Part shown: positions 1 to 8,561 of the stretch, piece after piece | Layout of the letters: every line of letters begins with the position of its first letter | Numbering within the stretch: the stretch's first letter is position 1 | Origin: Erysipelotrichaceae bacterium | GTDB lineage: Bacteria; Bacillota_I; Bacilli_A; Erysipelotrichales; Erysipelotrichaceae | DNA length: 64,000 nt | Direction of reading: 5' to 3' | Assembly (NCBI GenBank): GCA_017459795.1 | Contig: JAFUCG010000127.1 | Location: 13,514-77,513, forward strand | Notes under the pieces: generated by a model | Told to the model about the DNA's origin: nothing | Database searches by the model: none | What the model saw: only the letters and a program-made list of their open reading frames with translations | Position numbers and translations under genes: made by a program

Positions 1-150
1 ACTCATTATGGCATAGGAGTTATCCTTACTGCCGTCATCGATCAACAGTACTTCAATGTCCCGGTAATCCTGGGCCAATATACTGTCAACGCATCTTCTC
101 AATACCTTTTCCCCATTATATACAGGAACGATTATGCTAACTGTACTCAT
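1..150 (-). CDS. Family-2 glycosyltransferase (GtrB/CsbB-like), first 50 codons only; runs off the left edge
   Basis: Hand translation from ATG at 150: MSTVSIIVPVYNGEKVLRRCVDSILAQDYRDIEVLLIDDGSKDNS. This is a typical GT2 N-terminus (VPxYN...DDGSxD). It is absent from the ORF track because the window truncates it. Confidence 0.6.
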   Translation of the reverse strand, partial: MSTVSIIVPVYNGEKVLRRCVDSILAQDYRDIEVLLIDDGSKDNSYAIMS

Positions 151-153
151 ATG

Positions 154-684
154 CTATTTCTCCTTAAACAATACATATTTTTCTAACGGGAACAACACAG
201 CTACCTGTACGGTTCCGGCAGCCAAAGCCGCAATGGTTCTGGCCATTTTGGCTAATGAAGTCTTATTTAATAAGGCGGTTATGTAACCCTGCAGCCAGGT
301 TGTAAACAATATCAATGAGGCCAATACCACAAAGTAGCCTATTAATCCTGCCTTGGTCCCCTTACCCTTGAAGGTTGCCTTCATGTTAACGAAGTAACCG
401 TAGACATTGGCAATGAAATTTGACAGGAAGAACGGTAGTACATAACCAAATGATACTACCCCGTCAACGACATACTTACTCTCGCCTTCAAATAATACAT
501 TCGGATCAAATATCGGCTGTAAAAATGAAGGAAGCTTTGTGGTTACTGAGTCAAATACCAATGGCAGCAGATTAGCCAGCAACAATTGAACTATTGTTAT
601 GCTCATGCTGACAAGATTAAACTTCACAAACTGCCATAAACTGCTGTCTCCAAATTTTTTATCTAACTTGCTGAATATATTCAT
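154..684 (-). CDS. GtrA-like polytopic membrane protein (putative glycolipid flippase partner of the downstream GT2)
   Basis: Internal ATG at 684 (MNIFSKLDKKFGDSSLWQFVKFNLVS...) within ORF 154..900. It has about 4 hydrophobic segments. Its stop lies 3 nt before the GT2 start. The longer ORF start would overlap the divergent add gene. Confidence 0.5.
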   Translation of the reverse strand: MNIFSKLDKKFGDSSLWQFVKFNLVSMSITIVQLLLANLLPLVFDSVTTKLPSFLQPIFDPNVLFEGESKYVVDGVVSFGYVLPFFLSNFIANVYGYFVNMKATFKGKGTKAGLIGYFVVLASLILFTTWLQGYITALLNKTSLAKMARTIAALAAGTVQVAVLFPLEKYVLFKEK

Positions 685-785
685 ATGTTCACTCTCTTTT
701 TTATAATTATAATACGTTTCACTAATTACACCAAATCTCAGAAAAATAATATATAATTTAACTGTAAATATTGGAGGATAACATA

Positions 786-1802
786 ATGAAATACCCATTC
801 CCGAAAGTTGACCTGCACTTTCATCTCGACGGTTCAATCGTTCCTGAAGTAGGTTGGAAAATTGCCCAGGATCCTGATGTTGACCTGGATTTAAAGACAT
901 ATGAAGACTACGTTAAAATGGCAACTGTACCGGCAACCGGTGTTGAAGTTGACGTATTTGAATATCTGGCAAAGTTTGATCTGTTAGTAAAGCTGATGCA
1001 GACAAAGGAACATCTCAAGGAAATTACCTATACAACCATTAAGAGAGCATGTGAAGAAGGCTTGTTCTACCTTGAAATCAGATTTGCTCCTCAGAAGCAT
1101 ACTGAAAAAGGTCTCACCCAGAGAGAGGCCATTGATGCCGTATTGGAAGGCATTAAACAGGCGGCAGTTGACTTCCCGTTAATTAAGGTCGGACTTATCT
1201 TATGCTGCATGTTATCAACAGAAGATAACAGTAAGGAAAACGAAGAAACAGTCAGACTTACGGAAGAGTATTTAGGCAAGGGCGTTGTCGGCATTGACTT
1301 AGCCGGTGGCGAAGACAGTGTTCCAATGGAAAACTATGCATATTTATTCACTGATTATCATAAAAAAGGCTATCCAATGACCATTCATGCCGGCGATAAT
1401 GGCAAACCACAGAATGTCGCAACCGTAATTGGCTGGGGTGCAGACAGAGTAGGCCATGGTAAGCATTGCTGGTATGACAAGGACGTATTACAGAAGGTAA
1501 TAGACACAAAGACACCAATTGAAGTATGCCTGACCAGTAACATTCACTGTAAGACTGAACCATCATATGAACTGCATCCTGCCAAGAAGTTACTCGATGC
1601 TGGTGTTTTAGTAACCCTTAATACTGATAATCAGAGCATTTCAAATATTAATCTTGACTTTGAATATGACAGAGCCATTGAACAGGTAGGATTTACTTAT
1701 AATGACCTCATCCAGATGAACATTAACTCAATCAATGCTTCATTTATGTCTGAGGAAGAAAAGCCTTTATACATCGAAAAACTGGAAAAGTATTTCAAGT
1801 AA
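786..1802 (+). CDS. add: Adenosine deaminase family protein
   Basis: GGAGGA RBS followed by ATG at 786. Motifs seen: DLHFHLDGS, GIDLAGGE, IHAGD, VGHG, CLTSNI, LNTDN. Two acidic positions differ from canonical HAGE/TDD (see findings). Confidence 0.8.
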   Translation: MKYPFPKVDLHFHLDGSIVPEVGWKIAQDPDVDLDLKTYEDYVKMATVPATGVEVDVFEYLAKFDLLVKLMQTKEHLKEITYTTIKRACEEGLFYLEIRFAPQKHTEKGLTQREAIDAVLEGIKQAAVDFPLIKVGLILCCMLSTEDNSKENEETVRLTEEYLGKGVVGIDLAGGEDSVPMENYAYLFTDYHKKGYPMTIHAGDNGKPQNVATVIGWGADRVGHGKHCWYDKDVLQKVIDTKTPIEVCLTSNIHCKTEPSYELHPAKKLLDAGVLVTLNTDNQSISNINLDFEYDRAIEQVGFTYNDLIQMNINSINASFMSEEEKPLYIEKLEKYFK

Positions 1803-1806
1803 TTCA

Positions 1807-1830
1807 AAAGCACCGCAAGGTGCTTTTCTT
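1807..1830 (+). terminator. Rho-independent terminator after add
   Basis: Hairpin AAAGCACC-gcaa-GGTGCTTT followed by a T-run. Confidence 0.8.
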
Positions 1831-1833
1831 ATA

Positions 1834-1866
1834 CAAAAATACCCGGGCATTAATTGCCCGGGTATT
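1834..1866 (-). terminator. Rho-independent terminator after gap
   Basis: Hairpin ATACCCGGGCA-ttaat-TGCCCGGGTAT. On the minus strand it is followed by TTTTTGT. Confidence 0.8.
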
Positions 1867-1890
1867 CATTTAATGATTGATAATTAAATC

Positions 1891-2901
1891 TTAGCCTAAT
1901 TCAGCGAAGTACTTAATTGTTCTTACCATCTGTGATGTGTAAGAATTTTCGTTGTCATACCAAGAAACAACCTGTACATGGTATGTGTCTTCATCAACCT
2001 TAGCTACCATTGTCTGTGTAGCATCGAAGATTGAACCAAATCTGCTACCGATGATATCGCTTGAAACGATTGGATCTGTGTTGTAGCCGAATGATTCAGT
2101 AGCCTGAGCCTTCATAGCAGCGTTAACAGCATCAACTGTTAAGTCATGAGCCTTAACTACAGCTACTAAGATTGTTGTTGAACCAGTGATTGTTGGAACT
2201 CTCTGAGCTGATCCGATTAACTTGCCGTTTAATTCTGGAATTACTAAACCGATAGCCTTTGCAGCACCTGTGCTGTTTGGAACGATGTTAGCAGCAGCAG
2301 CTCTAGCACGTCTCTTATCACCTTTTCTATGTGGTCCGTCTAATACCATCTGGTCACCTGTATAAGCATGAACAGTTGTCATGATACCTGACTGGATAGG
2401 GAATGCATCGTTTAATGCCTTAGCCATTGGAGCTAAGCAGTTTGTTGTACAAGAAGCTGCAGAAATGATTGTGTCTTCCTTAGTTAACTTTTCATGGTTA
2501 ACGTTGTAAACGATTGTTGGTAAATCGTTTCCAGCTGGAGCTGAAATAACAACCTTCTTAGCACCTGCATTGATATGAGCCTGTGCCTTTGCCTTGCTTG
2601 TATAGAAACCTGTACATTCTAAGACAACATCAACACCTAATTCACCCCATGGTAAATTGTTAGCGTCTGCTTCTTTGTAAATCTTAATTTCTTCACCATC
2701 AACTGTGATTGAATCTTCACCAGCTGTTACTGGATGATCATATCCGCCATGAGCTGTATCATACTTTAATAAGTAAGCTAACATATCAGGGCTTGTTAAA
2801 TCGTTGATAGCAACAACATCATAACCTTCAGCCTGCCACATCTGTCTGAAAGCTAAACGACCAATACGGCCAAAACCATTAATAGCGACTCTTACTGTCA
2901 T
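1891..2901 (-). CDS. gap: Glyceraldehyde-3-phosphate dehydrogenase
   Basis: 336 aa. N-terminal INGFGRIGR dinucleotide fold and the active-site motif SCTTNCLAP. Confidence 0.97.
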   Translation of the reverse strand: MTVRVAINGFGRIGRLAFRQMWQAEGYDVVAINDLTSPDMLAYLLKYDTAHGGYDHPVTAGEDSITVDGEEIKIYKEADANNLPWGELGVDVVLECTGFYTSKAKAQAHINAGAKKVVISAPAGNDLPTIVYNVNHEKLTKEDTIISAASCTTNCLAPMAKALNDAFPIQSGIMTTVHAYTGDQMVLDGPHRKGDKRRARAAAANIVPNSTGAAKAIGLVIPELNGKLIGSAQRVPTITGSTTILVAVVKAHDLTVDAVNAAMKAQATESFGYNTDPIVSSDIIGSRFGSIFDATQTMVAKVDEDTYHVQVVSWYDNENSYTSQMVRTIKYFAELG

Positions 2902-2992
2902 TGTAAAAATATCCTCCTGTGTTTTACGTTTAAATTATAAGAATTATAGGGTTAAAAGTCAATGAAATAGACACCCTTTAAAACCCTAAATT

Positions 2993-3025
2993 AAAGAGTA
3001 AAATCATTAATCTGACTTTACTCTT
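2993..3025 (-). terminator. Probable terminator after rubrerythrin
   Basis: 9-bp stem AAGAGTAAA/TTTACTCTT with a long loop. The trailing sequence is only moderately T-rich. Confidence 0.45.
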
Positions 3026-3038
3026 AATTAACCTGTTT

Positions 3039-3578
3039 TTAGTATTCTTCTACGCAGATTTCAAAATATGACTGTGGATGAGCACAGACTGGGCATGCCT
3101 TTGGAGCTGTCTTACCGAAATACAGATGTCCGCAGTTACGGCACTTCCAGCATGTTTCAGATACCTTTTCAAAGACTTCCTGCTTTTCGATTAATTCAGC
3201 TAATCTTAAGTATCTTTCTTCATGATGCTTTTCGATTGCGGCTACACCTTCCATCTGTCTGGCGATTGCTTCGAAGCCTTCTTCTCTGGCTGTCTTAGCC
3301 ATTTCAACATACATCTTTGTCCATTCTTCATTTTCGCCTGCAGCTGCTGCCTTCAGGTTTTCCAATGTTGTAGGAACCTTACCGCCATTGAGATGCTTGA
3401 ACCATAACTTAGCATGTTCCTTTTCATTTTCAGCTGTTTCCATGAAAATGGCTGCTACCTGTTCGTAACCGTCTTTCTTTGCCTGAGAGGCGAAATAAGT
3501 ATATTTATTTCTAGCCTGTGATTCACCGGCAAATGCGATTTCCAAATTCTTTTCTGTCTTAGATCCTTTTAATTCCAT
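3039..3578 (-). CDS. rbr: Rubrerythrin
   Basis: Ferritin-like ExxH diiron motifs plus a C-terminal rubredoxin-type CxxC...CxxC (CRNCGH...CPVCAH). The start is taken at MELKGSK, which follows a GGAAAGG RBS. The ORF track start at 3602 is also possible. Confidence 0.9.
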   Translation of the reverse strand: MELKGSKTEKNLEIAFAGESQARNKYTYFASQAKKDGYEQVAAIFMETAENEKEHAKLWFKHLNGGKVPTTLENLKAAAAGENEEWTKMYVEMAKTAREEGFEAIARQMEGVAAIEKHHEERYLRLAELIEKQEVFEKVSETCWKCRNCGHLYFGKTAPKACPVCAHPQSYFEICVEEY

Positions 3579-3637
3579 ATTGTCTTTACCTTTCCTTTTC
3601 ATTTATTCTAACACAGTAAACTGTGTTTTAGAATCCA

Positions 3638-4546
3638 TCAATATCTTTCGTTTATGTATAGCGGTTTATCACATAACCCAAAGCCTTCTCTGACCTTACG
3701 CACGTCACTTTCAAACAGTTTATTAAACAGTGGATAGTCATTTATTCTGGCCATCATTACCGTTCTTGAAGTTGACCTGATCTTTGGCATTGCCTTACTT
3801 AAGTCTTCATTTTCGCTGACTGTTACTTCAATGTTGTTCTTGAATTTCAAGGCGTAACAGATCAGTCTGATTAGTGCCGTGCCGTTCAGATATACAAGTT
3901 CGTCAACGTATATCTTCTGCTGGGTGATCTGATAGACCATGTAGCCTTCAACCTTACCCTCTTCATTACGGTAGCTGACAATGTTTCTTCTTAAGAACTG
4001 ATATTGTCTGAAGGCTTCGATCCAGTAGTTATTGTCTCTTTCATAATAACCGTTGAAGTGGGAAGCAAATTCTCTGAAGACCTTTACCAGTTCACTTATT
4101 TCAAATGGACCTCCTACCCCGTCAAATGATCTGTTCTTAAGATCACTGCGGCTGATGTTATAGGTCTTGCGCTTATATATGGCTTCAAAGCCATACTGTG
4201 TATAATCATTTGGCTTGTTAGTCAGTAACAGTGTTACCAGAGTCTTTCGGCTCACTTCATCAAGCACGTCATTCATCAGTTCTCTGAAGTATTCCTTATT
4301 CTGTTCCGTTGTTATCTGACCTAAGATGGTGCTTGCCCCAACTCTGATGTCATTTAATATCATGGTATGATAGTTGACCTGAAGTGAGGCAACGACATGA
4401 CTGTTATGATCGTTGACGATGACTTTGTCGGCATCAAAAAGACGCGCAAAATAGTATTCCATGTCATCATATCTGTCCACGGAAACATTTGAACTATGTA
4501 AGTCATAAATTGTCTTTCTGTCTGAATTCTTAGCCGACCTGATCAT
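3638..4546 (-). CDS. Eis-like GNAT-fold protein with SCP2-like C-terminal region (acetyl-CoA motif not obvious)
   Basis: 302 aa. Length and overall pattern resemble Eis-family acetyltransferases, but I could not find a clear R/QxxGxG/A motif. Confidence 0.4.
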   Translation of the reverse strand: MIRSAKNSDRKTIYDLHSSNVSVDRYDDMEYYFARLFDADKVIVNDHNSHVVASLQVNYHTMILNDIRVGASTILGQITTEQNKEYFRELMNDVLDEVSRKTLVTLLLTNKPNDYTQYGFEAIYKRKTYNISRSDLKNRSFDGVGGPFEISELVKVFREFASHFNGYYERDNNYWIEAFRQYQFLRRNIVSYRNEEGKVEGYMVYQITQQKIYVDELVYLNGTALIRLICYALKFKNNIEVTVSENEDLSKAMPKIRSTSRTVMMARINDYPLFNKLFESDVRKVREGFGLCDKPLYINERY

Positions 4547-4549
4547 TAA

Positions 4550-4822
4550 CTATTCACTCTCTATTTCTTTTTCCTTATATTCAACATCAATTACTTCTGA
4601 GCTAACCGGCTCCTTTTCTCTTGCCTGATTCATCTGCTGAGCAAAGTACTGAGCAGGATCCTTTTCGATTTCCTTCTTCAGACATCTGCTTTTGAAGTAC
4701 ATTACGGCAAGGAAGATGGCGGCAGCCGCAATTAAAAACAGAATCAATTTCCCGATTATCGGGAACAATACAAGTGCTGCCAAGATGAATATGCCTACAT
4801 AAATGTAATCCTTACTGTTCAT
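4550..4822 (-). CDS. Small membrane protein, unknown function
   Basis: 90 aa. Two hydrophobic segments are followed by a charged tail. It is tightly packed with the downstream gene. Confidence 0.5.
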   Translation of the reverse strand: MNSKDYIYVGIFILAALVLFPIIGKLILFLIAAAAIFLAVMYFKSRCLKKEIEKDPAQYFAQQMNQAREKEPVSSEVIDVEYKEKEIESE

Positions 4823-4846
4823 TACCGCTTACCTCCTAAATATATT

Positions 4847-5619
4847 TTACGCCAGATCCTGCTGTTTTTTCCAAATATTCATTACCAGTTTGTGCGGCAA
4901 TATCTTGCATAGTAATGCCTGTCCCTTGGCAACGGTGCCATAGATGCTGACATCCTTGTTTTTAGCCAGGTCCTTCCAGGCCTGTTTAATGATGTTTCCC
5001 GGCTCATACATTACTATGTATTTCTTTACGATCTGCTTCTTTGAAGGATCAACTGCCCTGTCAAAGAACTTTGTCTTTGTCCAATATGGACAGATGGCCA
5101 TACAATGAATGTTTCTCATGGTCAGTTCTGAATTAAGAGCTCTTGAGAAACTCAGCACAAATGCCTTGAAGCGCTGTAGACGTTCATGTATGGGGTAGGC
5201 TGGAACGCTGCCATTGAGGCAATATTCATGATCCTGGCTCCTTCATACATGTATGGCAGAGCCAGCTTGGTCATCTTTACGATTGCCTTGCAATTGAGAT
5301 CGACCATCCCTTCCGCATCAGCCATCTTCATGTCATTTGTTGAATCGAATATGCCAAATCCTGAAGCATTGATGAGCAGCCTTACATCCGGCTTTTCTTC
5401 TTCCAGTAATTCCTGCATCTTGAAGAAACATTCCTGATCAGTAAGATCCATTGGAATGGCCCTTACTTCCGTATTAACCATCTTTTTCAAATCTTCAAGA
5501 GCAGCCTTACTGCGGGCAACTGCCCATATTTCATCAACATTCAGATAATTATCCAGTGTCAGAACAAACTCTTTGCCCATACCGCTGCTGGCACCGGTAA
5601 TGATCGCTACCTTTTTCAT
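4847..5619 (-). pseudogene. Short-chain dehydrogenase/reductase (SDR) interrupted by a 1-nt frameshift
   Basis: ORF 5152..5619 carries TGASSGMGKE and ends at ...VYSASRHLC*. ORF 4847..5158 continues in another frame as (K)AFVLSFSRALNSEL...ICPYWTKT. Reading tca-aag-gca restores YSASKAFVLSFS, the YxxxK active site. Confidence 0.8.
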
Positions 5620-5620
5620 A

Positions 5621-6562
5621 TTAACCTCTGTTTCTGTATTTCTCCGCCAATTCCATGATCTTGTTAAAGCGGTGTCTGATACCGGATTTGCTTAATACCG
5701 TTCCGGTTCTGTCTTCATATAATTCTGATAGTTCCAGTAAGCTGGCATCAGGATTTTCAAACCTCAGCATGGCCATTTCCTGGTCCTTTTCTGAAAGTTT
5801 CTCCATGTGCCCCTTCTGTAACAAAAACTCAACTGCCTCATATTGCTTATGGGCTGTCTGTAAACTCTTGGCATCATTAGCCAGTTCACAGTTATTCAGT
5901 CTGGAAAGATTATTTACGAAGTCTCTCTGAATGCGCACATCTTCAAAGGTAAAGATGGCATTACTTGCACCCATTAGTCTTAGGAAGTCCGATATCTGCT
6001 CAGAAGCCTTAACGTATACCACATACTGCCCTCTTCTGATTGCGATCCGAGCATTTATGTAGAACTTGGCCAGCAATCTGACAATGAATTCCGCATGGCT
6101 TTCCTCATTGACCACTACTTCCATGTGATAGTTGGTCTTTGAAGGGTGGTTTACACTTCCAGTTGCCAGAAAGCAGCCGGACAAATAAGCTCTTATCATG
6201 TTGTCATTACTCAGAAACTTCATTCTTGGATGTTCCTGAATGCCGTTTTCAGTCCATAAATCCAGATCCTTCAGTATTTCTCTGACCTTGTCTTCAATGA
6301 CTACGGCATAGATGTTTTTCTTATCAAAGCGGTTATCCTTTATGGCCCCTAAGCCAGGCTTAATGCCGTAAATGTCATTTACATATTCTGAAACCATTCT
6401 GATGACATTGGCATTCTTGCTTCTGACAGTTAACGCCAGCCCATGAGATGACAATGACATCGTGGATAACAGCTTTATGATGGCACATAACTCTGCCTTC
6501 TTGCCGTTTTCATCAAGTTCAAGTCTGGCAACTTCATTCTTTACGTCACTGGCAAAAGACAT
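5621..6562 (-). CDS. whiA: DNA-binding protein WhiA
   Basis: 313 aa. N-terminal MSFASDVKNE..., a LAGLIDADG-like middle region and a C-terminal HTH. It sits in the conserved position after yvcK. Confidence 0.9.
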   Translation of the reverse strand: MSFASDVKNEVARLELDENGKKAELCAIIKLLSTMSLSSHGLALTVRSKNANVIRMVSEYVNDIYGIKPGLGAIKDNRFDKKNIYAVVIEDKVREILKDLDLWTENGIQEHPRMKFLSNDNMIRAYLSGCFLATGSVNHPSKTNYHMEVVVNEESHAEFIVRLLAKFYINARIAIRRGQYVVYVKASEQISDFLRLMGASNAIFTFEDVRIQRDFVNNLSRLNNCELANDAKSLQTAHKQYEAVEFLLQKGHMEKLSEKDQEMAMLRFENPDASLLELSELYEDRTGTVLSKSGIRHRFNKIMELAEKYRNRG

Positions 6563-7506
6563 CAGTTATCCTCCCTGATTATTACTTCAAAGCTCTTTCT
6601 GACCTTGTCAGCGTCGTGTCTTATTACCCCGCTGTCAAAGTTCAGAAGTGAACAGCCTACGACTTCATAATCATGTTCCTTAAAGCCTAACTTAACCGGA
6701 TATGATTCTTCCAACTTATACTTTTCCAGCATTTCCACTGGAATTTCATCAACACTGTAAACAACGGTATCAATGATTTCCTTACCTAAATGCTTATGCA
6801 ATGCTTCTACATGCTTTTCAACAGTATAGTCATCAGTTTCCCCATGCTGAGTCATGCAGTTACAGTAATATATCACCTTTCCCTTTGCCTCACACAGTTC
6901 TCTTCTGATGTCATCAATTATGATGTTAGGCAATATGCTGGTATACACTGAGCCTAAACCTATGACGATGTAATCAGCTTCCCTGATGGCTACCAAAGCA
7001 TCAGGATAGACACCAACATACTGGTTGTAGAAAACTCTGTCGATTACAGTATGAGAATCTGTGATGTTATGCTCACCTTCAATGATCTTACCGTCAGCTG
7101 TCTTAGCATATAAGGTAACATCATTTAAGGTACTTGGGATGACCGTACCTTTTATTCTCATGACGTTACTGATATCGGTAATGGCCTGAGCAATACTTCC
7201 TGTCTTCTTGGTCAAGGCAGAAAGAATGATGTTTCCAAGATTATGACCGGCTAAGGAACCTGAATTATTATCAAAACGATAGTTCATCATTTCAGCCATC
7301 AGACTTTCACTTTCAGCCAGAGCCAACATTACAGCTCTGACATCACCCATGGCTGGAATATGCAGATCATCACGCAATCTGCCCGTACTGCCGCCATCAT
7401 CCGCAACAGCTACGATAGTATATAATTCAATGTCTTCAACCTGCTTAAGGCCTCTTAACAGGGCTGACTGTCCTGTTCCGCCACCAATTACCGCTACCTT
7501 TTTCAT
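6562..7506 (-). CDS. yvcK: YvcK/CofD-family gluconeogenesis/cell-shape factor
   Basis: MKKVAVIGGGTGQS... follows a GGAGAA RBS. Its stop overlaps the whiA start (TGATG). Confidence 0.9.
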   Translation of the reverse strand: MKKVAVIGGGTGQSALLRGLKQVEDIELYTIVAVADDGGSTGRLRDDLHIPAMGDVRAVMLALAESESLMAEMMNYRFDNNSGSLAGHNLGNIILSALTKKTGSIAQAITDISNVMRIKGTVIPSTLNDVTLYAKTADGKIIEGEHNITDSHTVIDRVFYNQYVGVYPDALVAIREADYIVIGLGSVYTSILPNIIIDDIRRELCEAKGKVIYYCNCMTQHGETDDYTVEKHVEALHKHLGKEIIDTVVYSVDEIPVEMLEKYKLEESYPVKLGFKEHDYEVVGCSLLNFDSGVIRHDADKVRKSFEVIIREDN

Positions 7507-7560
7507 CCCATATTCTCCTGATAATATCATACCACAAATAAGGATAACTTATGCATAAGC

Positions 7561-7592
7561 AATACAGGCAGACCTCTCGATCTGCCTGTATT
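7561..7592 (-). terminator. Strong hairpin downstream of trxB (terminator-like, weak U-tract)
   Basis: ATACAGGCAGA-cctctcga-TCTGCCTGTAT. Confidence 0.5.
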
Positions 7593-7640
7593 AATTCTTC
7601 AATTACTTTCTCTTAAATTATTTCAGAGTATTAACCATTA

Positions 7641-8561
7641 TTACTTATTCAGATATCTTGATGCTGAATTTGCGGCAATGGCACCGTCATTGGTAGCTGT
7701 TACGACCTGTCTTAAATCCTTGACTGTTACATCACCTGCACCATAGATACCAGGAATGGAAGTTTCCATGTCCTTATTGACAATGATGTAGCCATTCTTA
7801 TCAAGAATGCCAAGATCCTTTACAAAGCCTGTTGCCGGATCAGCACCCATGTATGGGAATACACCTTCACAATCAACTGTTGTTAATGCACCTGTTTCAA
7901 CATCCTTGATTACTAATCCCTTGATCTTTCCGTCTTCAATTACCAGACTTTCAGGTAAGTGCTTGGTAATGATGTTGATCTTTGGATTAGCCTTTACCTT
8001 ATCAACTACTGTTGCATCAGCTCTGAAGACATCTCTTCTGATGATGATGTTGACCTGTTCAACAAGCTGAGTCAGATAAAGTGATTCTTCCAGGGCACTG
8101 TTGCCTCCGCCGATTACGGCGACCTTTTTGCCCTTGTAGAAAGAACCATCGCATACGGCGCAATAGGAAACGCCTCTGCCGGTAAATTCCTGGGCTCTGT
8201 CAACCTGCAATTCTCTTTCCTTGGTTCCTGTTGCGACAATTACGGTTCTGCCGGTAATTGTTCTGCCGTCAGCCAGATGAACAAGCTTTACTTCACCCTG
8301 ATCCTCAACTGCGGTAACCGGAGCAAATTCCATTGCGGCTCCGAACTTCTGGCCATGTTCCATCATCTGCATTGCCAGATCTACTCCTGAGATCTTCTCG
8401 ATGCCAGGGTAGTTTTCAATTTCATAAGTCTTTGTCAGTTTTCCACCAGGTGTGTCACCTTCAATTATTACTGTGCTGAGGTTTGATCTGGTGGCATAGA
8501 TGGCTGCAGTTAAGCCAGCCGGGCCACTTCCAATGATAACTACATCATATTGTACGTCCAT
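7641..8561 (-). CDS. trxB: Thioredoxin-disulfide reductase
   Basis: GSGPAG FAD motif, redox CAVCDG and GGGNSA NADPH motif. Confidence 0.95.
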   Translation of the reverse strand: MDVQYDVVIIGSGPAGLTAAIYATRSNLSTVIIEGDTPGGKLTKTYEIENYPGIEKISGVDLAMQMMEHGQKFGAAMEFAPVTAVEDQGEVKLVHLADGRTITGRTVIVATGTKERELQVDRAQEFTGRGVSYCAVCDGSFYKGKKVAVIGGGNSALEESLYLTQLVEQVNIIIRRDVFRADATVVDKVKANPKINIITKHLPESLVIEDGKIKGLVIKDVETGALTTVDCEGVFPYMGADPATGFVKDLGILDKNGYIIVNKDMETSIPGIYGAGDVTVKDLRQVVTATNDGAIAANSASRYLNK

